Positions 51,380 to 64,000 of a DNA stretch of 64,000 bases are shown piece after piece. Below the pieces are notes generated by a model. It was not told the DNA's origin. It saw only the letters and a list, made by a program, of their open reading frames with translations, and did no database searches. Every line of letters begins with the position of its first letter. The stretch's first letter is position 1. Both the position numbers and the translations under genes were made by a program. This DNA comes from the human T2T-CHM13v2.0 reference genome, Homo sapiens, in assembly GCF_009914755.1 (NCBI RefSeq), contig NC_060929.1. One strand, written 5' to 3'.

Positions 51380-53240
51380 AAAAAATATTCAACCTCTTGA
51401 GATATAATTTACACACAATAAAATGTTATCAGTTTTTAAAATACAGTTCAATGAGTTTTGAAAAATGTATTTACCCTCACAACAACTACCACATCCAAGT
51501 GTAAAACATCATCATCCCAAAATGTTTCTCCAGCCCCTTTGCAGCAACCGCTGATTCGTTTTCTGTCACTGTATGTTGGTTTGCATTTTCTAAAATTCCA
51601 CATAAATAGAATCATATTTTAAACAGTCTCTTGAGTCTGGTTTCTATTACTCAATCTATGTTTTTGTGTTCATTCATGGTGTTGTGTGTACCCATAGTTA
51701 ATTTTGTTTTATTTCTGAGTGGTATTGCATTTTATAAATATACCACAATTTATGTATTCACTCACCTGTTGTTGGACTCTCATATTAGTTCTTAACTAAC
51801 ATGAATTAAATATTCTATGAATGATGTGTATATACGTTTGCATCTAGAGAGTAAAGGATCAAAAATAAAATTATGTTTGTAAAAGCCTCACACTCAAGAA
51901 ATGGAACTAGGCTAATAAAAACTGACAATAAGACAAACTGGTAAATTCTATAACAGAGGTATCAATAAAGTGTTCAAGAACAGAGTAGGAAGATATTCAA
52001 GCAAAGACTTTGTGTGGACATGTGTTTTCATTTCTTTTGGGTGTATACCTATGATTGAAATTATTGTGTTGTGGCTGCTTGAAAAAGTGCTGCTCATACT
52101 TCTTGCTGTGGCGAGCATAGTGACAGACAGCTGTAGCTTTTGCCCCTATGTATCCACCACCAAGTCTGCACAAAGGCCACGCTAGCCACTGTCTTTCCAT
52201 GCTTCCCAGCCAATGATTTAGCACAGCAAGGGAACGAGAGTGGGCCCATGCCTGCGAGATGTGGAATTGAATTCCTCCAATGGGTGATTTCTTTGTATAA
52301 ATGTGTGGGGTACATGAGAAATTTTCTTACATGTATATAATGTGTACTGAATAAGTCAGACTATTTAGGGTGTCCATCATCCAAGTAAAATATGTTTTTG
52401 TTAAGTATAGTCACCCTACTCTGGATCAAACATTGGATTTATTCATTCTGTCCTATTGTATGTTTGTACCCTTTAATCTACTTCTCTTCATTCTCCCCTC
52501 CGCCCACCATTTGCCCTTTTCAGTCTTTGTTTAATTTTTCCACTCTCTACCTCCATGTGCTCAAACGTTTTAGTTCCCACCTAGAATTGAAAATATGTGG
52601 TATTTGTCTTTTTGTGCACGGTTTATTTCACTTAAGCTAATGACCTCCAGCTCCATCCATGTTGCTGCAAATGACATTATTTTAAGTTTTTATGGTGGAA
52701 TAGTATTCCATTTGTGTATACATACCACATTTTGTTTATCCAGTGGATGAGTTTTGATTAAAGACTCCTGACTGAATCTTTCTTGGAATTTTATGACTCT
52801 TCCTACTAATTCTTTCTTCCTTTCCCATCTCTTTCACAAGTGTCAGACCTGCATCATGGTTTGAAGTCTCTCCTCACCTTTTCTGGGTCCCACTACTGTA
52901 TTTCAAAGGTATTTCCACCTCCAGCCCCCCAAATCTTTTGTATCTTTAATACCAGTCATAGCATCTTCTTCTTAGACAACCTAAACTAATAACACACGGG
53001 TCATATTGAAAGTGTATGTTTAAATCCATTATAAACTGCCAAGCTCATTTCCAAAGTTGTATCATCTTACATTCTTACCAGACATGTATGAGAGTTCAAA
53101 TTGTTCCACAGCTTCACCAGCACTGTGTACTGTCAGTGCTTTTTCTTTACTTTAGCAGGTGTGTGATGGTATCTTATTATGGTTTTGAATTTACATGTGC
53201 CTGTTGACTGAAGATGCCAAATGTTCTTTTCATCTCTTTG
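51380..53240 (-). mobile_element. Nested cluster: old L1M interrupted by an ERVL/LTR-like piece (about 52066-52997), itself interrupted by an L1MA fragment (about 52290-52745)
   Basis: The L1 motif gtgtatacctatgattgaaattatt resumes as gggtcatattgaaagtgtatgtt after the insert. The inner piece has L1MA 3' sequence (ctccagctccatccatgttgctgcaaatgaca). Confidence 0.55.
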
Positions 53241-54989
53241 AATTTGATGTCATATGTAGTATCTACGTCTGTGGAATGCTTTACTGAGAGGCAACGGATG
53301 GAAATAATGGGAGGATGAATGAGAGGGAAGTCCAGGAGAGAGCAAGAGGTGGGCAGATGGTGAAAAAAAATAAAGAAAAAAAATAGTTATTAATGGAATT
53401 TGTGTCTTTTGTTTTCCTATTCTTGTATTAGGAAATCCAGTTATTGTTCTAGATGATAGTGTTTGGGTGTTTATGAATAAATGTATAAAGATGCATGGGG
53501 TGTGTGTGTGTAAATATGAGAATATATATAATGTATATTTCAATATAATGGAAGCAGTTAAATAGTGCATGTTATTTATTATAAGAATATAAATGGATAT
53601 AAGAAAGAAAGAGAGAGAGAGAAAGAAAGAAAAAGAAAAAAGAAAGAAAGAAAAGAAAGAAAGAACAGACTTCTGGATCAAATTTTTCCCTACTTCTCTT
53701 TAAAATATAAATTTTCATAGAAAAGTTGCTAATAGATATACCGGCTCTGAGATCAGATATAGACAGAGTGACTCTGACTTCATTTGATCCAGATTACTGA
53801 TCACACTGAGCTTATTCTGTTTGAATTTCTGTTAATTATGAATTAAATAGATACTAAATAATAATATCAACATTTTAAGGTAATCTAAAAGCTTAAAATT
53901 AAAGGAAAATAAGAGATCCATACTGAGTTATTGGCATAAGATTTCAACAATTTATTTGTAGCCAAATGTAGGCTCAAATGGGGATGGCAACATCAATGAA
54001 TTTTAAAAATATCAGGTTTTCATTTTCTCCTCCTCAAAGAAGCAAATGGAGGGAGAATCAATGGATGCATTTTGGTTGCAGCATACCTCTTGGGAAGCTC
54101 TCATATGTACATCAATACAAAAGAATTTCCGTCTACATGCTAGCGTGACATGGTGTAGTTTTAGACACTGTGTTTTGCTGATTAGCACATAACCCAACTG
54201 CCACATAAATTATCTTTATAAATAAAACTTTGCATACATATGCAGCATCCAGAATGGTGCAATAAATTGGTCATGACTCCTTGTCTCCAATGGCGCCACT
54301 TCATTATTTCCTCTAGCAAGTTGGGACTGAGGGCACATTGGTGAATGAGTTTGACTAATCTCCTATCATGATGTACCTCATATTTCAATATCCAACTGGC
54401 ACAGTTGGCATTTGGAGGAAAGAAAAGTTCAGTTTCCTGCACTGTCAGTCTTTTTACCTTCCTGCCTACAGCAAACTTAAAAAAATTACTTGGGAGAAAT
54501 ATTAAGCAACCCAACCTTTTATAAAACATGTCAAGATTAATTGCTAGTTTCACTCATGAGCTGTGTAGATTGTTTCCTAAGATTCTCAACTTATTAGGTA
54601 CAATGATTCATATTCCCTTTCTTGGCAAAACATCTGCTTCTTTTCAGATATCCCCATCAATAATGTAGGCAGTGATGAGGTTCTGCCAACACTGAACTCA
54701 CTCAAAAATGTAAAGAATAAAATCCTTTCAAGCTATCTCTTTGGTCTTTGGTACCTTAGACTTTAAATATTTGATGCTTTGGTACTTTAGAACTTTCATT
54801 CTAGTTAACTATATTACAGGAATGATCTGAATCCTAAACTTGTCTTTTATTTAACCCAAATTGGAAAGCTGTTAGTATGAGTTAGTGAGTATTTTTATCC
54901 ATATTATTCTTTCCTGTGATCTTGCAGTGTTAACTCTAAAGCTTCTGTGTTTCCAAATAATTTCTTCACCTTATCTTTGTGTAGCATCA

Positions 54990-55460
54990 CTATGGCAGAC
55001 CCTGAGACTGACTGTTTCAACATCAATTTCCAACTCCTCTGGGAATTTTTATATGTGTTCCACTAAACTACTTGCTTTCCTGGCTTCTCTTATATCAAAG
55101 GAAGGTTGTGTGATACAGTTTTGGCTAATTAGAAATCAGTGAAATTCTGTTATGGGGTTTCTAAAACGTTTTTGCTTTCTTTATACAAAGGAGATACAGG
55201 GCTGGAATCACTCTGTCTCCTTTCTTCCCATCTTGAAAGTGGGTATGACGTTGTGAGCTGCAACAGCAAACTTGTGGCAATGAGGTGAAAAGCTTGAGAA
55301 TTGGAGACTTACTGGCCTTAACAGAGCTGGTCCTCTGAACCACTGCCAACAGCCTTCTAACTCCAGACTTTTGTCCTGTGAGAAAAATAGACCCCTAGTT
55401 ATTCAAGCCATTCTGTGACAGGCTTTCTTTTCTCACAAGCTGAAAATAAACTGATACAAT
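54990..55460 (+). mobile_element. Probable MLT1 LTR relic
   Basis: tgtgatacagttttggctaat and the 3' end ctccagacttttgtcctgtgagaaaaatagaccc...ttcaagcca...ctgataca. Confidence 0.55.
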
Positions 55461-56872
55461 TACCATTGCATACAGTGATAGAAGTCAGCTTTACATTTGG
55501 CCCCCAAGTGTCCCATTGAATTGACAGGAGATCTTTCATCTAAGCATAAGATCTAAAGAGCAGTGAAACAATAACATAGATTTTATTTGTAACTTCCTTC
55601 AGACTGATACTGGGTTAGCACTAAAACCAGGCTTCATATTTGCAGCTGTGATAAAAGTTTATTAAAATTCAAACTCTTAAGACAGACTCTCCTCCAATAC
55701 AGGGGTGGTCGATTCATAGTTTCCGAAAAAAGAAAAAAGTAAGATGGATTCTAACCTCTGCTTCCTTCTCATGACGTCTTCAAAGTGACACACCCTTTTA
55801 TTTGCTTTACTCACATTTCTTCCTTTCATTCAAAACCACCCAAGTTTTACCTTACCTATATAGTAGGACTCACCTGACCATGCAAACTCACAATGACCAC
55901 TCCCTCCCCTGATGCAGTCCTTAATTATGTGACCATTCATTTAGCATTTTTCATATTGTGTCTCTTTATTCTATATTTTGGTCTTCAACTAAGATCACAT
56001 GCTTCTTGGGAGCAGAGAATGTTTTATACTGCATATCCATGAATAGTGCCTTTCTTGTACTAACCACTCAAAAACCATTTGCTGAATTTATGTGCATTAG
56101 TATAGATACTTCTAGTTTTTATTTATTCAAGCTTTTTGTACAGCTACCACAATGCTACATATTTGCCTGCTTTTAAAATACCAACCTGTTAAAGAAAAAT
56201 CAAGCACTCTTAGAATTCTCAATACAAAATCACTAAAGTCCAAGTAGAAAAGGGCAACAGAGCTTGATTAGATAATTCACAAATAAATTCAAATGACCAA
56301 AAATTCAAATAAAAAAATCAACCTTACTAATATTGAGAAAATACAACTTGAAACAACAAGATGCCATTTTTACCTATCAGGTTAAAAACAATTTTTACTT
56401 CTAAGGTAATATTGGCTGTGATGCTATAAGTGGGCCACTCTTATACACTGCTTTCAGAGTGTCGTTCTCACCTCTGGAAACCATTTTGGCAACATACTTA
56501 AGGGTTTTAAAAGAGTTTGTAGTGCAGGACCTGTTTTAAGGTATATTCCCATGGAAAATAATGAAAGAAGAGTAAAAATTCACGGCAACTTTTTTTTTTG
56601 GTAAACATGAATTATTGAGACAACCCTACCTCTTGAGCAATAGGTAAATTGTTAATCTGAGAAAAGGTCACCTTGAGAAGGCAGTCAAAATATTTTCTAG
56701 GAGCTCTAGAAAAGGGAGGGATGAGAGATGAATGTTTCTCGAAGTCTGATACTAAACGAAAGAGAAAGGGACAGAAGAGAATGTATTAACATCCAGGTGG
56801 AGAAGAAACTAAGGATAATGTTAACCTTTATCTGACTATCTCATAGCTATGTTTGTTAGAAATGAAAAATTT

Positions 56873-57175
<303 letters not shown>

Positions 57176-58929
57176 TTAACATAAGTTATATTGATAATAA
57201 AAACATTTGGATCAGAAGTGACTACTAATATATCTGTATTTTGGTAAAAATAATGATAAACATAATACCTAATGTTTATTGAGTGTGCAGATTCAGAGTC
57301 CTGTACTGAGCTCTCTCTCTCTCTCCATGTATACGTATTTCTCATTTAATTATCTCCATAGCCCTATGCAGTAGAGAAGCTCATTCCAATATTACCATTT
57401 TACAAATGAAAAAACCGAAGCTTCAGAAACCAAATAACTTTGCCAAAGTAACACAGTTATCGAGGAATGGTGCCAGAATTTGAATTTATGTCTATCTGAC
57501 TCCAGATTCTTAAGTTTGCAATCATTGTTTTGTAATCTATTTTTCATATTTACCTATATATGTCTTAGAGTTATATCATAGGACTAGCTAATTACTTAAT
57601 ACCAAGGTACATATCTGTTTATATGGGGGGCTTCTTATGGAGCAGAGAATGTAGAATTTCTTTGAATCTCAGTTCCATCTCATGGTTTTAGGCAAGTTAC
57701 TTAACCTCTCTAACCCCTGGATTTTCCTATTAAATATAGATCATAATTTCTACCTTGAAAGATTATTGTGAAAGTTTAAGTTGTGAAGTACCCATCACAG
57801 TGCCCGACATATGCAAATGGACATCTTTAATATTATCATCCCACCTACACTGTGCTTTGGTTCAAAACTACTGGGAAGATGCATCATTGGTTATAAAGTA
57901 CACATAGATGGGAATAAACTTTTAAACATAAAGATTCAGTGTTCAAATTGCACTACCAATATATGTATGTAGGGTTTCTGGTCATGGCTTTCCAAAAATG
58001 AGATAATAAAATAAACACTTTTCTTTTGTCTATGTTAATCAATATCTTGTGGAAATATTTCCAGGTCAACTGAGGCAGTGTCAATGTGCTTTTTTAGGAC
58101 TGCATACTATTCCATGGTAGTACTTTGAAACTGAACAATTAATTTTTAAATGACCCTTTCTGTATATATTTACATACTGGTACTTTAGCTCCTTTGTGAT
58201 ATATTCTTAAAAGTAGAGATGCTGGGTGGAAGGGGGTCTGTATTTTTCACTTTAGGAGTCTTTGGCTACTTTCCACAAAGTCTGTGAAAATGTGCATTTC
58301 ACCAACAACATGTAAGAATATACTTTTCTGAAAAATTCCTCTATTGTTCATATTTGGTTTTGGCAATATGTCAAAAAAAACGCAAAGCAAGAGAGCAGAA
58401 AACTGGACACAGGAAATTAATATTTTGAAGTATATTGCAAATATGTTCCTTTTCCAAAAACACTAGGAAAGAAAATTAAATAACAATAAAGTATAACTTT
58501 GTATCTAATAGATTGACAAACTTTTCCCAGGAACTGATCTTTTTGAATCTCTCTTGTGGACTTTATTGTGCTGATCTTCACAAGGGGCTCAGAGGTCAGG
58601 AAGCACCACTTTGCCTCGGTGATCTCTGACTCCTCCTCCCGTGCCTTGCCTTTCTCCTCATTCCAGCAACTGCTTAGTTTGGCTGATGAGGGTAGAGTTA
58701 GATTTGGGAGAGGAGAGTGGCTGTGTTAACAAGTTTATCTCGGCCCAGAATTCCCCACCTGTCTTTTGGAGAAGTTCATTAAACTTAGAATTTTATGAAG
58801 ACAACAAAATGTTCATTGAAATGACTGAATTCCTATTAGAGAGTAAAACTATATGCTTTTACTATATGGGGATATCTCACATATTTATGTAAACTTTCTG
58901 GCCTCTGAAAAACATTGTGTTTGGAACCC

Positions 58930-59330
58930 TTTGTCTAGCTGTAGCAGAGTTGTTTGATGCTCACCACCACCTATTTGCAATCCTTACAGCTGGGCTGTCT
59001 AACTAGTTTTGGCAATCAGATAGTGGACATTTGCACATGTGACACTTCCGTGATGACACAAGGACCACCCCCCCTCAACCTGACCCCTGGCACAATCTTC
59101 ATAGTCTTCCTGCCTGGAAGCCATGTGTTGAGAATGTGGGGACATAGGATGGAAGTATGCTGAATCCTTGAGGATTAGCTCCTGTATGGAAGCTCCTGTG
59201 GAGAACTTCCAGATCCACAGAGGACTTTGAAGTAACTGAGAATTAAATTAAACTGAATTCTTATGTGCTAAGCCACAGAGATTTTGGTGTTTGTTATCAC
59301 AGCTTAGCTTAGCCTTCCCTGACTAATATG
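58930..59330 (+). mobile_element. Probable MLT1 LTR relic
   Basis: 3' end gctaagccacagagattttggtgtttgttatcacagcttagcttagccttccctgactaata. Confidence 0.5.
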
Positions 59331-61859
59331 CTATCATATTATACTGTTAGACCTCTGCTGGGAACAACTCCTGCATGTAATTAAGGTCTCAAGGATCGAC
59401 AGTCATTTCAGGCATCAGTTACCAGCAGCATACATAAGTCTAGATATCATGAACGAGAATCCCTAGGTGACTGATAAACACAAAGAAATTTGAATGTTTC
59501 AGTCCTAATATAAGCTAACATATCTTAGAGGGCTGTTTCCTGATTATCAGGCTTAAGATGGCACAAGCCATCCAGAGTCAGACAAAGGGCTGGGAAATAT
59601 GAAGTCCAGTCTAGGGTGACTGCAAATTTGTGCCAGCTTTTCAGTGCTCAATGAAGATATATTAAATATATAAAAATTTTGTAAGCAAGACAGGTTTATT
59701 ACTTTTACAATTTTTACTTCTATTTTATTTTCTCCTAATATTCAGTGAGATGCTTGTGAAAATGTCGGCCAGTCTGTTAGTAGTAGTCAAAAGATGAGTT
59801 TTGTTAACACTTGGAAAAGAACTATAAGGGGAGATTGATACAACCCTGGTGTCAAGTGTCTGGTGATAGTGGTGAGGGCAGTGAGAGAATCCCAAGAGGG
59901 TGCCATTCACGGGAACAGAATTCTTCCGGTGTTGACCTTAGAGGTTCTAGGCATTAACCTGGTTGTTGAAACACAGATGGAATTTCCAAAGATTGAACTG
60001 GGTTTGGGAATTCTAGGTGAAGGATACAGAGTGAGCAGGGAGGCAAGAGCATGACTGCTGGGTAGTCGTGGGTGAGGTGCCCAGGGAAAATCCTTCTCCT
60101 CTCCTCTTCTTCTGTCAATACAAAAAGGAAGAACTACCCATCTATCTCTTTCTGATGTATGGGCCTCTAATTGAGTCCTATTTAGCAGGGAACCAGATCA
60201 CCACTGGGAAACAGCCACTCACATGCCACACTCCTTTCGTGAAGCTGATGCAGAAAGCTGCTGCCCTGTCTGCTCCCTGAGCTGCCCTGTCCACTCTGGC
60301 ATCCACCCTCTCTCTGCTTCCCCCAGTGAGCTAAGCCACACTCATCTCTTTAGCTCCCAGGAGCAAGCTGATGGGGAAGTTTTCGGCTCAATAAAAGGAG
60401 AGAGGAGGTTAGGCTCAGGGAGTCAGAGGGCTCTGCACTGAGCATAATAGGCATGATTTTGATTAGGAATGAAATGACTGTGTGTTCCATTTATATTATT
60501 TTATATTATTTTAATTATTTTATATTATTCAGGGAGCTCCAGAAGAGAGGAAGGGGAAGGAGCTGGGCATTCCTTTTTTCTGGTTAGCCACTGTCAAAAA
60601 CTAACAAAACTCCATGAAAAAATCTTAAACAGTGATGTCAGTTTCTGAACCTAGTAAATAAGGATATTGATGATTTAACCACCTCTTATGAGAGTGGATA
60701 AATGATAAATGATTGAAAATATATGTCATCATTTTAATATATGTATACATTTTTTCTTCAATTTTGAATTAACATGGGTGAGGGTTTGAATCAGATAAGC
60801 CTTTCACAATTGTACAAAGTAGTGCATCTTATTTTTAGATTGTTTATTTTTTATGATGTGATGAAAATAACTTGAAGATATAATGAAATGTTCTGAGTTT
60901 TCTAATTCTTAAATATATCCAGATACTCAAAATAGGGCTCATAGATTCAGATCAGTAATCATATGTCATCCATTTAAATTCAGTAAAGACTTTTCAAGCA
61001 AAAATCCAACTTTCATAACTTCATTGTATTAGTGGTGTACTAGCTTCTGAGATTTTAGGAAAGAGATGAGCATGAAAATGTAAAAGTGCAACAAATTCCC
61101 CTTTTTACTCTAAGAGAGCACTAGGTATGGACAAGCCTCCCACTGCTCAGTACGTATCTGTGAACAGTAGGATAGAAATGAATACTTTAAAGATGCTCTT
61201 CCAGATGAATTCTTTAGAGTTCAGCAGTATTACTCTATGTACAAAGCAATCAAGGGGTAAAGAAAGTATCCTTTTCTTTTTCAAAAAAATACAATGGATT
61301 TTGTATTTTTGGAGACCTCCTTCTAAAGTTTTTTTTTTTTATTTTAAATGTCTTAAGATTTTCTTTAGACATTTGAGACCCTCAACTGACATTTTCCAGG
61401 TACTTAGAGCTTTATCTTCCTTTAGAGAATAGGGACGCATGATAGTTACATTATTCTTTTCTAATGTCTGCAGTTACTGACTAAATAATTCAATACTTAT
61501 TAAAAAATACTTTCCCAGTAAATATGTTTCCAGCTAATACATATTCCAATTAATAATAAAAACTCAAGTCTATAAGTATAGGCTAGATTTAAAACAGTAT
61601 TTAAATACTATTTAAAATATTAATTCTATTTACTTCTAAAAATGACTTAATTTTATCTACTTTGAAAAATGACTTGTGGCAGGTAATATAGCAGATAAAA
61701 ACATGGTCTTTAAAGTCAGCAAGATTATGGGGAAGTTAAGCATTTTAATATCCCCAAAGTTAAGTTTTGCCATTTGTAAAATTAGAAATAATTCATATTT
61801 CAACAGTTTTTAAAATGAGGAATAATACTTTTTATCAAAGTCATTAGCGACCTAAAACT

Positions 61860-63065
61860 TATACGTGTATGGTCCTCACTTTTCTCAATACCTCAGCAGT
61901 GTTTGGTGGAACTGACAACTCCTTGCTTCTTCCCCTTTAGGTCCTGGGATAGCTTGTGCCTTATTTTGGCTTTCCTGCTGTCTCACTGGCCACTTACTCT
62001 AGCCAACTCCTGTTCTAGGAGAGTACCAGCAGTCCCATCAGCTCTTGTAGAACTTCACATGTTAGCTTAAGGTTGGCTGTATGTGGATAAGACTGATTTC
62101 TATCACCAGCCCAGACATTTCTTTTAAGTTCCAGAATCATATAACAAACTCCCTGCCTCATATCTGGATATCTAATAGACATCACTGCCTTAACATGACC
62201 AAGTCAGAACTATTATTAAACCCGCTAAGCCTTTTTCATTCCAGTAAATTATTCACCCAGTTGTTCAGACCAATAACTTAGGAGTCATTGATAATTTTTT
62301 CTTTTTCTCCCACCCCATACTTCTGTAAGTTCAGTTAGTTTGACCTCCAAAATATATCTTCGATCTGTCCCTTTCTCACTAATTTTACTGCTACAATCCT
62401 ATTCCAAGGCATCCTTGTCATATTCCTGTAAAACTGCAACAGTCTTCTAACTTGTTCTTTTATCTTCACATTTGCTCAGTCGCAGTCTATTTTCTACCTA
62501 ACGCCTAAGGTGAAAGCATCAGATATCACATTATACCCTGCGTAAAGCCTTGGAATGATTTACCATTACAAGTAGACTTATACACAAACTCATCACAAGG
62601 CTTCTCATGATCCAGCCCCTGCCTACCTGACAGACCTCCTCTCCCTGCTTTCTGTCCTTCTGCTTTAGCACTCTGGTATTTGTTCTGTCTTCCAAACATG
62701 CTGAGTTTGTTCCTTTTCAGGAGCTTTTACCACATGCTTCAAAGTTGGTTCCCAGATCTGATATGACTGCTTTCTCATTCATTCAGGTGTTAATTGCAAG
62801 GTTGACTTTCAAAGGCAGTCTTAAGTATCCTAATCAAAGCAATTCTCCAACTGACTCTCTACCATGTTATTTTATTTTATTTGTAAAGAGCACTTATCAA
62901 TACCTGAAATTGTTTAGTTATGCCTTTCTTTATTGCCTGTGTCGCCTACCCCTACCCGCTATATTGTAAACATCTTACAGTTAAAGTTTAGTTTTCCTGA
63001 ATATTGCTGTAAGCCCCAATGGCCAGCACTACCTTGGCACATTGTAAGGGCTGAATAAATGGCTA
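61860..63065. mobile_element. Degraded L2 element
   Basis: ccagcccagacatttc...atatctaatagacatcactgccttaacatgaccaa, aactgcaacagtcttctaact and a typical L2 3' end. Confidence 0.7.
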
Positions 63066-64000
63066 CCGAAGTTGTATTGCTATTTCAGTTTAAGCTCAAA
63101 CACTCACTAATGCATTCATTAGTGGATGTTGTCTATTAATAATTTTTACCTTTGTAAGTCTGTTTATTTTTAAAAAAATGAGTGTTACATCTAGATTAAA
63201 GTTGGTACTATGTGGAAATATTGGTTAACCTTGACTTCATTAGGAAAGGAAAAGATTTCTAACTATAGGATTGTGTGTTATTTACACACCTTCAGTTACC
63301 ATCGGTATATATTATTGTAGAGCCACAGAAATGCAAAGATCTTGGAGATCAACCAGTTCAACCACTTTATATTAAAGGATATAATCTAAGTAGAACCTTA
63401 CCCCTAAATGAATAATTTTATTAAATAATTGAAAATGGAATTAATTATATGACTAATTGTTTTTCCCTGCTGTAGGCATAAATCAGGTTTTGTTTTTTAG
63501 TTAATGCCTCTTCCTGGCCCCCTTCTTCCAAGGTTCATCTGTTCATTTTTATAAAATATTTGATTAATGTTAGTCACTTGAGGTTTTCGTTCTTGACAGT
63601 GTTATTGAAAATTACGTAGATATATTCCATTGATTATATAATCTTTTATACAGGCTCAGAATTCACTTTTACTAAGAGTATTGTAGTCCAACTGTGGATC
63701 TGACATTTCTCTATAATATCAAAATGCATTAAAATGAACTTGTAATAGGTTAAATATTTTGAGTAAAAGTTAACGGAATTGTAGTTTAGAATTTAGTTTC
63801 AATACAGTTTAAGCCACCTTGTTTGCCAAATTGAATTCAGATAGATTATGAACCTGGGTTTTTCTTTCATAATTTGATATGCAATAGTTCTTTCCAGGTA
63901 TTTGATTGTCTGCACTAGGTACTCTGCATCTCTGGGGCCCCTGCAAATACTATAGTCAATTAAGAATCTGGCTATTCATGCCATACTGCTCTTATTCCAT

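Noticed and set aside
61588-61619. Imperfect AT-rich palindrome around AGTATTTAAATACT
   Set aside because: Short and plausible by chance in very AT-rich DNA.

Overview
Human (primate) genomic DNA. Bases 1 to about 9,920 are the 3' part of the LIM-homeodomain gene ISL1 on the + strand. The window opens inside intron 2 and contains exons 3-6 (LIM2, homeodomain, Lhx3-binding region, stop codon at 8798-8800) and a 3' UTR of about 1.1 kb. From about 10 to 15.5 kb lies a repeat-poor, motif-rich downstream block with an orphan CpG island. The remaining ~48 kb is AT-rich gene desert filled with Alu, L1, L2, MIR, MaLR LTR and hAT-Charlie relics, plus two minus-strand processed pseudogenes (HMGB1 and MAGOH). 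I see no evidence of a new protein-coding system. Nearly all listed ORFs are shadow ORFs, Alu ORFs or low-complexity ORFs. The most unusual signals concern retrotransposition history: a polyadenylated LTR12/ERV9 fragment with a 16-bp target-site duplication (TSD) nested in a DNA transposon, an Alu that re-used the exact target site of the MAGOH retrocopy, and an Alu inside the HMGB1 retrocopy. There is also an unexplained 61-bp dispersed duplication, and several non-B-DNA motifs and candidate enhancers near ISL1. Repeat boundaries are approximate and subfamily calls were made by eye.
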